Source of the DNA: Alphaproteobacteria bacterium
GTDB lineage: Bacteria > Pseudomonadota > Alphaproteobacteria > UBA9219
Assembly: GCA_026225415.1 (NCBI GenBank)
Contig: JAMFSS010000010.1
Span: 1,338 to 65,337 of the forward strand
Reading direction: 5' to 3'
Length of the DNA: 64,000 nucleotides
Part shown: piece after piece, positions 23,206 through 34,239 of the stretch
Layout of the letters: the number at the start of each line of letters is the position of its first letter
Numbering within the stretch: the first letter of the stretch is position 1
Notes under the pieces: model-generated
Told to the model about the DNA's origin: nothing
Database searches by the model: none
The model's input: the letters and a program-made list of their open reading frames with translations, nothing else
Translations under genes and position numbers: made by a program

Positions 23206-24600
23206 ATGGCCGATATTTTTGTTATCGATGATCAGCATCCCGAAGACCTTGCCATGCTGCAGGCGCTTTATTCGCGCAGTCCCGCCAGCGTCACGAGCCA
23301 CCTGGAAAAGCTGCAAAAATCGGGCAGCGGCAAATTTATGGACCAATATTATGTTGGTTATGGCCATGCGTCGATCGGCGATTGCGGTTCGACCACCGTA
23401 TTTATCGAACAGGTTTCCATGCTGGTCGCCAAGGCCGTTCAGGACAACCCGCTTTATAACGGCCAAGAAGCATCGACCCGCTATCTGGATTTCTCGCAAC
23501 AAAAGATTGTCGATCCCTATAACCACGCCGCCAGCACTGCGATCCAATCGCGCTGGATGGAAATTTATAACCGCGTTTTGCCTTTGCTGGTTGAAGGCTT
23601 GAAAAAAGCCTATCCGTTTGATCCGGCGGCTTATAAAAGTGAAAAGACATGGGTGAATGCGTTAAACGCCCGCGCATTTGATATTGGCCGCGCCTTGTTA
23701 CCGCTTGGCACCACAACGCTGCTCAGCTGGTCAACATCGCTCCGCGCCGCGCGTGATAATCTGCGTCGTTTGAAACATCACCCGTTGCCGGAAGTACGCG
23801 CGGTGACACGCGATATTTTCACCGGCCTGTTCGCCAAATATCCCAACAGTTTCCGCGCCGAAGATATGGCATCAACCGATACACCGCGCGATGCCTATGC
23901 CGAAAAATTTTCCGGACGCACGCATTTCGTCAGTACCGATGATATTCGCCGCCAATTCGCGCCCACCGATGCGGAGTGGGAAAAGATACTGTCGGGCGAT
24001 ATCGTGGCGCGTAAAAACACTGTCGATCTGGAGGGGCTGCGCCGTAACGAAAGCGATGTCTTATCGGAACGCCCAACCTATGCGCCCCTGCCCTGGCGGT
24101 TGGAAGCCTATGGCAGCTATAATTTCCTGTTCCTGCTGGATTTCGGTTCGTACCGCGATCTGCAACGCCACCGCAACGGCGTGTGCCAAACGCCGTTGAT
24201 TGACGGGCAATTCGGCATGAACCCTTGGTATATGCAGCAATGCGCCGAGCATTTATCGCCCGCCGATAACCAGCAATTGCTACAAGATATCGAGGCGCAA
24301 TTTGCCGCGATAGCCGGCTTGGCGAATACAGGCATCGCGACGACGCCGGAATTGAACCAGTATTTCTATCCGATGGGCGTGCAGGCCTTGGTGCATGCGT
24401 CTTATTCCGTTCCGCAAACCGCCTATGTCGGTGAATTGCGTTCCGGCAAAACGGTTCATGCGTCGTTGCGCCCCATTGCCCAGAAAATGCTGGACATCCT
24501 GCGCGAAGATCTGCCCGCTATGGCCTTATACGGCGATTTCGACGAGGATAGCTGGAGCGCGAAACGTGGCGAACAAACAATATCAAGCAAAGTCGCATGA
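23206..24600 (+). CDS. thyX: FAD-dependent thymidylate synthase, long tandem-domain type
   Basis: YGHASIGD, GQEASTRY, AFDIGRALLP, FGSYRDLQRHR; ATG 23206 with AGGA upstream. Confidence 0.85.
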   Translation: MADIFVIDDQHPEDLAMLQALYSRSPASVTSHLEKLQKSGSGKFMDQYYVGYGHASIGDCGSTTVFIEQVSMLVAKAVQDNPLYNGQEASTRYLDFSQQKIVDPYNHAASTAIQSRWMEIYNRVLPLLVEGLKKAYPFDPAAYKSEKTWVNALNARAFDIGRALLPLGTTTLLSWSTSLRAARDNLRRLKHHPLPEVRAVTRDIFTGLFAKYPNSFRAEDMASTDTPRDAYAEKFSGRTHFVSTDDIRRQFAPTDAEWEKILSGDIVARKNTVDLEGLRRNESDVLSERPTYAPLPWRLEAYGSYNFLFLLDFGSYRDLQRHRNGVCQTPLIDGQFGMNPWYMQQCAEHLSPADNQQLLQDIEAQFAAIAGLANTGIATTPELNQYFYPMGVQALVHASYSVPQTAYVGELRSGKTVHASLRPIAQKMLDILREDLPAMALYGDFDEDSWSAKRGEQTISSKVA

Positions 24601-24695
24601 AGAAAGATCGAGAGAAGATAGAGAGAAAGAGGGGCAAGATAGAGAAACAATTGCCACTTTTTCTCTAGCCCCTTCTTTTCTTTATTTCCCTCGGC
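24601..24695. repeat. Purine-rich then pyrimidine-rich imperfect hairpin element
   Basis: AGAGAAAGAGGGGC..TAGAGAAA / TTTCTCTA-GCCCCTTCTTTTCT; same design as 2559-2613. Confidence 0.6.
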
Positions 24696-24724
24696 CTATA
24701 ATCTCAGCAGAAAGGAAACAATCC

Positions 24725-24958
24725 ATGACCAATACGCAAGCTATCCTTATCGGTGCCGCGATGATCGCGGGCAGCATCATCGCCTCACACGGCATTTCAT
24801 CGGCGCAAGCGCAAGCGGGCGGCCCGTTTCAATTAATGCATCACAGCAATACGGTCGCCAATGCGGGCGTATTTCGCCTCGACCAATCGACGGGCGAAGT
24901 CAGCTATTGCTTTATCGGCTCCGACCAAGGTTTGCTCTGCACAAGATCGGTGAAGTAA
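24725..24958 (+). CDS. Small secreted hypothetical protein
   Basis: AAAGGA SD; MTNTQAILIGAAMIAGSIIA signal-like; VFRLDQSTGEVSYC..C. Confidence 0.7.
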   Translation: MTNTQAILIGAAMIAGSIIASHGISSAQAQAGGPFQLMHHSNTVANAGVFRLDQSTGEVSYCFIGSDQGLLCTRSVK

Positions 24959-26341
24959 ATGACGGATATACTGGTTGCACGCGCGCCAAAAAATGCCATT
25001 CCGTTATTTCTTTTAACGGAAAAAACTTTCCCGGCATGGCAAAAGAAAGCGCCCAAACGCGCATCAGCCTGGATGCAAACGCAAGAATTTACCGCCAAAC
25101 CCGGCACATTCTGGTTGGTGCCGGATGAAGCAGGCAAATTGCAAAAAGTTATTGCGGGCATTTCGACCATACCCAGCCTGTGGGATATCGCCGATTTCGC
25201 CAACCGCCTGCCCAAGGGCATCTATAAGCTCGAAAGCGATTTGCCGATTGCCTATCAGGAATGGCTGGCTTTGGGTTGGGCTTTGGGTGCCTATAAATTC
25301 ACGCGTTATAAAAAAGCGGCGGCACCCCGCGCGAAACTTGCTTTGCCTGCCGGTGCGGATGCCGCGAAAATCACCCGCTATGCCACGGCCATCAACCTCG
25401 CCCGCACGCTTATCACAACACCTGCGGAAGACATGACGCCCGCCGCTCTGGCCGATGCCGTTATCGAAACCGGCAAAGCCTTTGGTGCAAAAGTCACGCA
25501 GATTATCGGCGATGATCTGCTAAAGAAAAATTACCCCGCCATTCATCGCGTGGGTCGCGCCAGCATCAATGCGCCGCGCCTGATTGATTTAAACTGGGGC
25601 AACCCGAAACATCCCAAAGTCACTTTGGTCGGCAAGGGTGTCACGTTCGATACCGGCGGCCTTGATATTAAGCCTTCATCGGGCATGTATCTGATGAAAA
25701 AAGACATGGGCGGCGCGGCCTGCGTATTGGCGATTGCGTCCCTGATTATGGATGCGAAATTGCCGGTGTGTTTGCGCGTCCTTATTCCCGCGGTTGAAAA
25801 TTCGATCTCCGCCAACGCGTTCCGCCCCAGCGATATCATCACCATGCGCAGCGGCCTGACGGTTGAAGTCGGCAATACCGATGCCGAAGGCCGTTTGATC
25901 TTGGCCGACGCGTTGGCAGAAGCGATTCATGACAAACCCGAAATCCTGATCGATATGGCGACCCTGACCGGTGCCGCGCGTGGCGCGTTAGGAACCGACC
26001 TGCCCGCGCTTTTCTGCAATGACGACAAACTGGCCGACCAGATCATCGCGGCGGGCGCGGCAATGGAAGACCCGTTATGGCGCATGCCGTTGCACGCGGC
26101 CTATAATAAAATGTTGGACAGCAACATTGCCGACATCAACAGCGCCCCCAACAGCCCCTATGCCGGCGCCATTACCGCTGCTTTATTCCTGCAACGTTTC
26201 ACCGGCAAGACAGCATGGGCGCATATCGATTTGATGGCTTATAACCTGTCATCCAAGCCCGGCCGACCCGAAGGCGGCGAGGCGATGGCGGTGCGGGCCA
26301 TCTTCCGCGCGATTGAAACGCGGTTTGCCAAAGGCGGATAG
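24959..26341 (+). CDS. Leucyl aminopeptidase (M17)
   Basis: VGKGVTFDTGGLDIK, MKKDMGGAA, NTDAEGRLILAD. Confidence 0.97.
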   Translation: MTDILVARAPKNAIPLFLLTEKTFPAWQKKAPKRASAWMQTQEFTAKPGTFWLVPDEAGKLQKVIAGISTIPSLWDIADFANRLPKGIYKLESDLPIAYQEWLALGWALGAYKFTRYKKAAAPRAKLALPAGADAAKITRYATAINLARTLITTPAEDMTPAALADAVIETGKAFGAKVTQIIGDDLLKKNYPAIHRVGRASINAPRLIDLNWGNPKHPKVTLVGKGVTFDTGGLDIKPSSGMYLMKKDMGGAACVLAIASLIMDAKLPVCLRVLIPAVENSISANAFRPSDIITMRSGLTVEVGNTDAEGRLILADALAEAIHDKPEILIDMATLTGAARGALGTDLPALFCNDDKLADQIIAAGAAMEDPLWRMPLHAAYNKMLDSNIADINSAPNSPYAGAITAALFLQRFTGKTAWAHIDLMAYNLSSKPGRPEGGEAMAVRAIFRAIETRFAKGG

Positions 26342-26493
26342 AGTCAACCCTCTGTTCTGATTCATCATTTATAGCCAGCGGAAAAAGAGTCACAGGTGAA
26401 AAAATAAATCGCCAAGACTCTTGCGAATCAACGCGCTCTGACTCACACTTGCCTCCGTGATTCCTCACCAAAATTTTCGCCCCGGGGTTATTC

Positions 26494-26949
26494 GTGCCAG
26501 CACAATTACAGTCTCTTGAATTATGGCGTCATGCATTGGTTGCAAGCGTCCGCGGCGATGCCCCCGATCTTTCAGCCCGCCAGATGGCGTTGATGCTTTC
26601 GGTCTATCTGGGTAATGGCCCCCACACGGTGCGCGGCCTTGCGGTCGCCCTTAAAATTTCCAAACCCGCGGTCAGCCGCGCGCTCGACCGTCTGGGCGAA
26701 CTTGGGTATATACGCCGTCAACGCGACGATCTGGACCGTCGCAATGTTCTGGTACAAAAAACCAGCAGCGGCGGCGTTTTCCTGACCGAATTTTCATGCC
26801 TGATCGGCGAAGCCGAAATCCACACCGCCTCTATCGCGCCGCAAATTATCGAATTTGCCGCCGATGACGCCGTTGGCATCGCTTCCGATAGCTATGCGCC
26901 AGCCACAGACGCGCCTACCGCGGTTTGGGCGAGTGAAGCAGCCGAGTAA
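26494..26949 (+). CDS. MarR-family transcriptional regulator
   Basis: DLSARQMA, TVRGLA..ISKPAVSRALDRL, RQRDDLDRRNVLV. Confidence 0.9.
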   Translation: MPAQLQSLELWRHALVASVRGDAPDLSARQMALMLSVYLGNGPHTVRGLAVALKISKPAVSRALDRLGELGYIRRQRDDLDRRNVLVQKTSSGGVFLTEFSCLIGEAEIHTASIAPQIIEFAADDAVGIASDSYAPATDAPTAVWASEAAE

Positions 26950-27812
26950 TGCCCCTCGATAAACGCATTAACGCCTACCGCCCCGATCTGGCGGATGAAT
27001 CTTTGCGCAATAATGTCACCGCCGCCCATTACGCCGAACCCGTGATGCGCCAATGTCTGCGCGGCGTTTTGCCGGTTTTAAGTACCCCGGACGACAATGC
27101 CGAACAAATCAGCCAGATCCGCTACGGCGAATTTGCCGATATTTTCGAAACGCGCGAAGATGGTTTTATCTGGGCACAAAACCGCAGCGACCGTTATGTT
27201 GGATATATCCCCCATGTCGAAGCGGATTGGGGCGAACATATTTCGATGCTGTCCAACCGCGTCACCGCGTTGCGCACTTTTCTTTATCCCGAACCCAATG
27301 TTCGCACGCCACCGCTGGATGAACTCACGCTCGGTTCCTATGTCAGCATTGAGAAAGAAAACGATAAATTCCTCGAATTATCGGATGGCGGATTCATTAT
27401 CGCCAAACATGTGATGGCGACCGAATTTGCCCATACGCAGGATTATGTTTTCACGGCGGGTCGCTTATTACACACGCCCTATCTGTGGGGCGGACGCACG
27501 CCCAAGGGCATCGATTGTTCCGGTCTGGTTCAACTGGTGCTGGAAATGGCGGGCATCGGCGATGTGCCGCGCGACAGCGATTTGCAGCGCGAGGCTTATG
27601 GCGAGGAACTGCCCTGCCATTGGCGCGATTATGGGTGGAAACGCGGCGATCTGGTTTTCTTTCCCGGCCATATCGGCATTATGACCGGCACCGACCATAT
27701 CATCCATGCCGACGGCCACATTATGGAAGTCACCGTCGAACCTTTGGCGCATATCGTCGCGCGCGGCAACGAAGTGCTGGCCGTTGGTAATGCGTCGCGC
27801 CTGAAAGCCTGA
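26949..27812 (+). CDS. NlpC/P60 peptidase with SH3-like N-terminus
   Basis: PYLWGGRTPKGIDCSGLVQ, GDLVFFPGHIGI, IIHA. Confidence 0.93.
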   Translation: MPLDKRINAYRPDLADESLRNNVTAAHYAEPVMRQCLRGVLPVLSTPDDNAEQISQIRYGEFADIFETREDGFIWAQNRSDRYVGYIPHVEADWGEHISMLSNRVTALRTFLYPEPNVRTPPLDELTLGSYVSIEKENDKFLELSDGGFIIAKHVMATEFAHTQDYVFTAGRLLHTPYLWGGRTPKGIDCSGLVQLVLEMAGIGDVPRDSDLQREAYGEELPCHWRDYGWKRGDLVFFPGHIGIMTGTDHIIHADGHIMEVTVEPLAHIVARGNEVLAVGNASRLKA

Positions 27813-28505
27813 TCAACGCGCCGCCATCTCCCGCTGTGCCGCCGCCAGATCATCCTGAAAATCTTCATTTTCCGTCAAAGCGCCCACCATCAACATCGCC
27901 AGCATCCGGCCGCCTTCGACATCATTCGGATAATGCACACCGGCTTCGACACGGTGCGCGGCGATCGCTTCGGCACGCGCGCGCAACGCATCGCGTTTTT
28001 CTGGCATCAGCATCGCAAGCACTTCTGCCACAACACGCGCCTCTGTCGTATGGCCGCTGGGAAAAGCGGGGCTGTCATCAATCGGATCAACCCCCAGCTT
28101 CACCCGTTTATCGGCCACATAAGGACGCCGCGTGTGCCAGAATTTTTTATCCGCATTGACGATATGGCCGGTGTTCGCCAATACCCGGTCAAGCAACGCA
28201 AAAACCTTGGGCAAATTAGAACGTGTGAATTCTGCGCCCATAATCGGCGTCAGTAATTCCAATCGCACGCGTTGTTCGTCGCGCATCGCGGCGGCGTCAC
28301 CAGCAGAAATCACACGTTGCGCCGCAAGCACCCCGTCAATCTGGCGTTTCCATGCCGCGCTGCCCTCAATAGGAGGTGCCGCCAACATTTGCGGTGGCAG
28401 AAATTGCGGTTGGATATAGTCGCTTTGCGTGGCATCGAACGCGAAAGCAGGCGACGCAACACAGGAAATAAGCCCCAAACCCAACAAAAACCGATTAAGG
28501 CGCAT
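27813..28505 (-). CDS. Class A acid phosphatase (PAP2 superfamily), secreted
   Basis: Signal peptide; KKFWHTRRP, FPSGHT, RVEAGVHYPNDV. Confidence 0.9.
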   Translation of the reverse strand: MRLNRFLLGLGLISCVASPAFAFDATQSDYIQPQFLPPQMLAAPPIEGSAAWKRQIDGVLAAQRVISAGDAAAMRDEQRVRLELLTPIMGAEFTRSNLPKVFALLDRVLANTGHIVNADKKFWHTRRPYVADKRVKLGVDPIDDSPAFPSGHTTEARVVAEVLAMLMPEKRDALRARAEAIAAHRVEAGVHYPNDVEGGRMLAMLMVGALTENEDFQDDLAAAQREMAAR

Positions 28506-28600
28506 GGTTCCCCCGTTTCATCAATTATTTACGTTCGCGTCTTCATAATGGCTACGCCTTCGCCACGCAAGAAGGGAATCACCCGTCGGGCAAAAGAAAA

Positions 28601-29851
28601 ATGAACAGCTTCCAAACCATTGCCATTCTTCTGACTTTTGCGGCGATGGGCTCCTATATCAATAAACGTTTTCTGCATCTGCCGACCAGTATCGGCATGA
28701 TGTTTTTTGCGCTAATCATTTCATGGTGTGCGATGGGCGCGGCGCGGTTGCATCTGATCGACCTTGATCCCGCGATTGAATTTGTCAGCAACATCGATTT
28801 CGCCACTTTATTCCTGCATGGCATGTTGTCGTTCCTGTTGTTTGCGGGCGCGCTGCATGTCGATCTGGCGGAATTGAAAAAATACCGCACCGTCGTCGCG
28901 TTGCTCGCCACATTCGGCGTGGTGATCGCCACTTTCATCACGGGCGGGCTGGTATGGTTTATGGCGTATTGGTTGGGTTTTGCGTTGCCGTGGCTGCATG
29001 CGTTGTTGTTCGGCGCGTTGATATCGCCGACAGACCCCGTGGCCGTTCTGGGTATTTTGAAAAACACCCATGTCAGCAAAGGTCTGCGCCTGAAAATCGG
29101 CAGCGAAAGCCTGTTGAATGACGGGGTTGGCGTTGTGCTGTTTCTGGTGCTCCTGGATATGGTGATTTCGCCGCACCGCATGGATGGTTATGCGTTGCGC
29201 GATATTGCGGGTTTGCTGGTGTGGGAAGGCGGCGGCAGCATCGCGCTGGGGCTCATAATGGGTTGGGCGGCCTATGGGTTACTCAGTCATATTGATGATT
29301 ATAAAACCGAGATTTTACTGACATTAGCGGTTGCCGCAGGCGGCTACAGCTTTGCGGAGGCAATTGGCATTTCCGCCCCCATTACCATGGTTGTGGCGGG
29401 TTTGGTGATCGGCAATCATGGCCGCGCCTTTGTCATGTCGGATAAAACACGCAATCATCTGGATATGTTTTGGGAATTGCTGGACGATATTTTGAACACG
29501 GTTTTGTTTATGCTGATCGGGTTGGAAATTATGGTATTTCCAGTCACTGCCCCTATGCTTGCGCTTGGTCTGGCCGCGATTATCGCGACCTTGTCCGGGC
29601 GTTTTGTCAGCGTTGCCCTGCCCATTAAATTACTGCAGTCGCGCTTGCAGTTTGAACATGGCGCGATACGTTTAATGACATGGGGCGGATTGCGCGGCGG
29701 TATTTCCATCGCAATGGCTTTGTCCCTGCCGCCCGATGCCGATAAAAACATCCTGATCGGCATGACCTATTTAACGGTCGTGTTCTCGGTTTTGTTTCAG
29801 GGCACGACTTTCCGCCATTTAGTGCAGCATATCGTGCGTGAGAAACCCTAA
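28601..29851 (+). CDS. CPA1-family Na+/H+ antiporter (NhaP-like)
   Basis: [39 protein letters not shown]. Confidence 0.93.
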   Translation: MNSFQTIAILLTFAAMGSYINKRFLHLPTSIGMMFFALIISWCAMGAARLHLIDLDPAIEFVSNIDFATLFLHGMLSFLLFAGALHVDLAELKKYRTVVALLATFGVVIATFITGGLVWFMAYWLGFALPWLHALLFGALISPTDPVAVLGILKNTHVSKGLRLKIGSESLLNDGVGVVLFLVLLDMVISPHRMDGYALRDIAGLLVWEGGGSIALGLIMGWAAYGLLSHIDDYKTEILLTLAVAAGGYSFAEAIGISAPITMVVAGLVIGNHGRAFVMSDKTRNHLDMFWELLDDILNTVLFMLIGLEIMVFPVTAPMLALGLAAIIATLSGRFVSVALPIKLLQSRLQFEHGAIRLMTWGGLRGGISIAMALSLPPDADKNILIGMTYLTVVFSVLFQGTTFRHLVQHIVREKP

Positions 29852-32445
29852 GCCGCCTGCGCAGTTTTTTTAACCGCCAAAACCAACCCATCCGCACCGG
29901 CATCGACAGCCACCGTTTGCCCATCCAGAATTTTGCCGGCCAGAATTTCCTGTGCCAACGTGTTCTGCAAGCTGCGTTGGATAACGCGTTTCAAAGGACG
30001 CGCGCCGTAAACAGGGTCGTACCCGGCCTCCGCCAGCCACGCCAAAGCCGCAGGCGTGATATCGAGCGCGATTTTGCGGTCGGCCAATAAGCCATAAAGC
30101 CGTTTAAGCTGTGTGCCAACGATGGCCGCCATGTTGTCGCGAGATAAACGGCGGAACATCAAAATTTCGTCCAGACGGTTGAGGAATTCCGGCCGGAAAT
30201 GGGTGCGCACGACATCCATCACACTGAATTTCGTTTGTGGCGATAATTCGTTTCCTTCATCGGCGGCAATAAAATCCGAACCCAGATTGGAGGTCAGGAT
30301 AATCAACGTATTTTTGAAATCAACTACGCGTCCCTGCCCGTCGGTCAAACGGCCTTCGTCCAATACTTGTAACAATACGTTGAAAACATCGGGATGCGCT
30401 TTTTCGACTTCGTCGAACAGGATAACCTGATAAGGACGCCGCCGCACCGCTTCGGTCAACACGCCGCCTTCTTCGTACCCCACATAGCCCGGAGGTGCGC
30501 CAAGCAACCGCGCCACCGCATGTTTTTCCATAAATTCCGACATGTCGATGCGTTGCATCGCGGTTTCATCATCAAACAAAAATTCGGCCAGAGCCTTGGT
30601 CAATTCCGTCTTGCCGACCCCCGTGGGCCCCAGAAACAGGAACGAGCCAATCGGGCGGTTGGGGTCTTGCAAACCCGCGCGGGCGCGACGCACAGCATTG
30701 GACACGGCGACAACCGCTTCGTCCTGTCCAATCACACGCTGGCGCAGATGTTCTTCCATCTTCAATAATTTATCGCGCTCGCCTTCCAACATCTTATCGA
30801 CCGGAATCCCCGTCCAACGGCTGACAATCGCGGCGATATCGCTTTGCTTCACCACCTCGTCCAGCATTGCATTATCGGATTGGTGTTGCGCCTCTTGCAG
30901 CTTGCGCTCCAGCTCGGGAATAACGCTATAGGTCAATTCGCCCGCGCGGGTAAAATCGCCCTTGCGTTGTGCCTGTTCCAATTCGGCGCGGATTTTTTCC
31001 AGTTTTTCCTTGATCTTCTGCGCGCTGCCCAGCTGTTCTTTTTCGCTGTGCCAACGCGAGGTCAGATCGGCGGATTTCTTTTCCAGACCCGTCAATTCGT
31101 CTTCCAGATTTTTCAACCGATCCTGCGATGCGGTATCCTGTTCTTTCTTCAATGCTTCGCGTTCGATTTTCAGTTGAATAACTTTGCGGTCGATTTCATC
31201 GATTTCTTCGGGCTTGCTGTCCACTTCCATGCGCAAACGCGCTGCCGCTTCATCGATCAAATCAATCGCTTTGTCGGGCAAGAAACGGTCGGTGATATAG
31301 CGGTTGGAAAGCGTAGCGGCGGCGACAATCGCCCCATCCGTGATGCGCACGCCGTGATGCAGTTCATATTTTTCCTTAAGCCCGCGCAGGATGGAAATCG
31401 TGTCGGCGACGCTGGGCTGGCTGACAAAAACCGGTTGAAACCGCCGCGCCAAAGCCGCGTCTTTTTCGATATATTTACGGTATTCGTCTAACGTCGTCGC
31501 GCCGACGCAATGCAATTCGCCCCGCGCCAAAGCGGGTTTAAGCATATTCGACGCATCCATTGCGCCATCGGTTTTACCCGCGCCGACCAGAGTGTGAAGT
31601 TCGTCGATGAACACAATCACTTCGCCGGCGGCGGCGGAAATTTCCTGTAACACGGCTTTCAAACGTTCTTCGAATTCGCCGCGATATTTGGCGCCCGCCA
31701 CCAATGCGCCCAGATCGAGCGATAGGACGCGCCTGTCTTTCAGGCTTTCCGGCACATCGCCGCGAATAATGCGTTGCGCCAAACCTTCGACAATCGCGGT
31801 TTTGCCCACGCCCGGTTCGCCGATAAGAACAGGGTTATTTTTCGTGCGTCGCGCCAACACCTGAATCGTGCGGCGAATTTCTTCATCGCGGCCAATTACG
31901 GGGTCAAGCTTGCCGTCACGCGCCGCCTGCGTTAAATCACGCGCATATTTTTTCAACGCGTCGTAACCTTGTTCCGCATTCGCGCTGTCGGCCTTGCGGC
32001 CACCACGCGTGTCGTTAATCGCTTTGTTTAATGTTTCCGCCGTCACCCCTGCGCTGGCCAATGCTTTTTCCGCCGTTGATCCTTGCGCCAAACCAATAGC
32101 CAGCAACATGCGTTCGACCGTCACATAGCTGTCGCCCGCTTTTTTGGATATGTCGTTGGCCGAGGCGACAAAACGCGCGAATTCCGGCGACATGCGCAGC
32201 TGATCGGCGCTGCCCTGCGCATAAACCTGCGGGATTTTTTCCAACTCGGCTTCCACCGCCTGCAAAGCCTTTTTCGGCTCGCCGCCCGCCGCGCGGATAA
32301 GGCCGGAGGCCATGCCTTCGCGGTCATCAAGCAACACTTTGAGCAGATGGTCCAGCTGTAACGTCTGATGACGTTTGCCCAGCGCCAGCATTTGCGCCGT
32401 CTGGATAAAGCCTTGCGAACGTTCGGTGAAATTCTCGAAATCCAT
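29848..32445 (-). CDS. clpB: ATP-dependent chaperone ClpB
   Basis: Two AAA+ modules ([16 protein letters not shown]) and coiled-coil M domain; start [11 protein letters not shown] at 32445. Confidence 0.98.
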   Translation of the reverse strand: MDFENFTERSQGFIQTAQMLALGKRHQTLQLDHLLKVLLDDREGMASGLIRAAGGEPKKALQAVEAELEKIPQVYAQGSADQLRMSPEFARFVASANDISKKAGDSYVTVERMLLAIGLAQGSTAEKALASAGVTAETLNKAINDTRGGRKADSANAEQGYDALKKYARDLTQAARDGKLDPVIGRDEEIRRTIQVLARRTKNNPVLIGEPGVGKTAIVEGLAQRIIRGDVPESLKDRRVLSLDLGALVAGAKYRGEFEERLKAVLQEISAAAGEVIVFIDELHTLVGAGKTDGAMDASNMLKPALARGELHCVGATTLDEYRKYIEKDAALARRFQPVFVSQPSVADTISILRGLKEKYELHHGVRITDGAIVAAATLSNRYITDRFLPDKAIDLIDEAAARLRMEVDSKPEEIDEIDRKVIQLKIEREALKKEQDTASQDRLKNLEDELTGLEKKSADLTSRWHSEKEQLGSAQKIKEKLEKIRAELEQAQRKGDFTRAGELTYSVIPELERKLQEAQHQSDNAMLDEVVKQSDIAAIVSRWTGIPVDKMLEGERDKLLKMEEHLRQRVIGQDEAVVAVSNAVRRARAGLQDPNRPIGSFLFLGPTGVGKTELTKALAEFLFDDETAMQRIDMSEFMEKHAVARLLGAPPGYVGYEEGGVLTEAVRRRPYQVILFDEVEKAHPDVFNVLLQVLDEGRLTDGQGRVVDFKNTLIILTSNLGSDFIAADEGNELSPQTKFSVMDVVRTHFRPEFLNRLDEILMFRRLSRDNMAAIVGTQLKRLYGLLADRKIALDITPAALAWLAEAGYDPVYGARPLKRVIQRSLQNTLAQEILAGKILDGQTVAVDAGADGLVLAVKKTAQAA

Positions 32446-32469
32446 GTGCTGCTCCCTGTTCTTCCTATG

Positions 32470-32497
32470 ATGTAGGCAGGGATAGCAAAATTGCAAG
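32470..32497 (-). promoter_or_regulatory. RpoH (sigma32)-type promoter of clpB
   Basis: Minus strand CTTG-N17-CCTACAT, matching the alphaproteobacterial heat-shock consensus CTTG-N17-CYTATNT. Confidence 0.65.
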
Positions 32498-32553
32498 GGC
32501 ATTAAGGGGGGATTAAAGCAACCAATTTAAGCCTTTAGAGCGGCTAAAATTAA

Positions 32554-33012
32554 TTACATGATAACGAGTTGACGCAACAGAACATCATGTACGGGGACAG
32601 GCATGCCAACCCGGTTAACCTGTTCCAGCATATCGTGGCGCAAGGCCGTAACCGCGCTGACACGGCGCGTATCTGCCGGATCGATGCCCGTTAAAAACCG
32701 GTTGAGTCGGTCGGTAATTTTGGGCTGATAACCTTCCAGCATCGGCAGGTCGCGCTTGGCCACTTCCAGCGACAGATCGATGCGCATTTGCGTGCTGGCC
32801 ATGCCGCCGCCCAGATTCAAACTGATCCGCGGCAGATCGAAATAGGCCATGTCGGTGCTGAAACCCGTGGTTTCAATCTGCGCCCGTTTCAGCTTCATAT
32901 TGTTGGAATAGTGATAGCCGAAATAGGCCAGCGTCAAGAACATCGCCACTACGGTGATGTATAATGTTACCATCCTTTTCTTGGCGACCATAACCGGCAT
33001 TAAAGCTCCCAA
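32554..33012 (-). CDS. FliL-like flagellar basal body-associated protein (second paralog)
   Basis: N-terminal TM; YFDLPRISLNL..IDLSLEV..PKITD..VHDVLLRQLVIM. Confidence 0.75.
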   Translation of the reverse strand: MGALMPVMVAKKRMVTLYITVVAMFLTLAYFGYHYSNNMKLKRAQIETTGFSTDMAYFDLPRISLNLGGGMASTQMRIDLSLEVAKRDLPMLEGYQPKITDRLNRFLTGIDPADTRRVSAVTALRHDMLEQVNRVGMPVPVHDVLLRQLVIM

Positions 33013-33054
33013 GTGATTCGATAGCGCTTATTTAGCCATCATATACCCCCATAC

Positions 33055-33069
33055 TTAATGAGCTTTTAA
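33055..33069. promoter_or_regulatory. CtrA box upstream of the FliL-like gene
   Basis: Exact TTAA-TGAGCTT-TTAA. Confidence 0.55.
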
Positions 33070-33120
33070 AGATAAAATTAATGATATATTGTGCGAAAAA
33101 CCATTGCTTCGGGTCTTTCC

Positions 33121-33570
33121 ATGTCATTACCTACCATCGTCATCGCTTCCGACCATCGTGGTTATGCTTTAAAATCAGTGTTTTCCGAATGGTTGCGCAC
33201 ACGCGGATACACGATTATTGACCTCGGCCCAGACAGCGAAAACAGCTGTGATGCCGGTGATTTTGCTAAAATGCTTGCTGAAAATTTGAAAAAAAACCTA
33301 ATGCATAAGGGAATTTTGATATGCGGATCGGGTCAGGCGATGGCTATGACCGCTAATCGCTATGCGCATCTTCGCGCCGCACTATGCCTCAACACCACGA
33401 TGGCGCGTTTGGCCCGCGAACATAACGACGCCAATGTTTTGGTGTTGGGCGCGCATATTATCGGGCAGGAAGTGGCGACAGATTGCCTGGATGTTTTCCT
33501 GAACACAAAATTTGCCGAAGGGCGTTTCACTGCACGTCGAGACAAGCTTACCGCGCTGGGTGGCCTGTAA
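33121..33570 (+). CDS. rpiB: Ribose-5-phosphate isomerase B
   Basis: IASDHRG, LICGSGQAM, LAREHNDANVLVLG, FAEGRF. Confidence 0.92.
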   Translation: MSLPTIVIASDHRGYALKSVFSEWLRTRGYTIIDLGPDSENSCDAGDFAKMLAENLKKNLMHKGILICGSGQAMAMTANRYAHLRAALCLNTTMARLAREHNDANVLVLGAHIIGQEVATDCLDVFLNTKFAEGRFTARRDKLTALGGL

Positions 33571-34239
33571 TCAGTGCCTTAATTCAGCTTCTTTTTCTGT
33601 TTGAGGCATAACGGCCATCTCAAGCAAAGCCATCAACATCGTGGCGCGCATCGTGATCGTGGGCGCTTCCAGCAAAGCCTGTTTTTCATTGGGCGCAAAA
33701 GGGCAAATCATTATAACCGTCGGCAACAAAACATCATTGGGCGCGTTTTGCACCACGCTCCAATCCACTTGAATGCTGTTTTTCTTGAAATAGATTTTTA
33801 ACAGGCCGATCAATCTTTCGCGGTCAATGTCAACCTGTTCCGGGTCGCCCAGATCGGCCAGATAGTCTTTCCATTCCGGCCGCACGCTGCGATACAATCT
33901 TTTGTTCGGCGCTTCATCGATGATGCGGAAACGGCACACGCCGGTCAGCACGATCATCAAACGCCCGTCATCGGTTTCATTGAAAGACGTTATACGCCCG
34001 GCGCATCCCACCGAATAAAGGGGGGGATGGGCTTCGTCTTCTTCACCGTTCGGTTGAATCATGCCGATCAACCGCCCTTTGCCCAGCGCGTCTTCGACCA
34101 TAGCCAGATAACGCGGCTCGAATATATTTAACGGCAACCGCGCATGCGGCAGCAATACGGCACCCGCCAGCGGAAATACCGGCAATTCTTCCGGCAATGT
34201 GGAAGCAAAAGTGCGCGAGGCGTCGATGATGTTGCTCAT
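33571..34239 (-). CDS. LON peptidase substrate-binding domain protein
   Basis: LPVFPLAGAVLLP..LPLNIFEPRYLAM, VGCAGRI, EKQALLEA. Confidence 0.92.
   Translation of the reverse strand: MSNIIDASRTFASTLPEELPVFPLAGAVLLPHARLPLNIFEPRYLAMVEDALGKGRLIGMIQPNGEEDEAHPPLYSVGCAGRITSFNETDDGRLMIVLTGVCRFRIIDEAPNKRLYRSVRPEWKDYLADLGDPEQVDIDRERLIGLLKIYFKKNSIQVDWSVVQNAPNDVLLPTVIMICPFAPNEKQALLEAPTITMRATMLMALLEMAVMPQTEKEAELRH

Noticed and set aside
24395-24724. N-terminal extension of the 24395..24958 ORF
   Set aside because: It overlaps thyX and runs through the purine/pyrimidine repeat; ATG 24725 with a good SD is the likelier start
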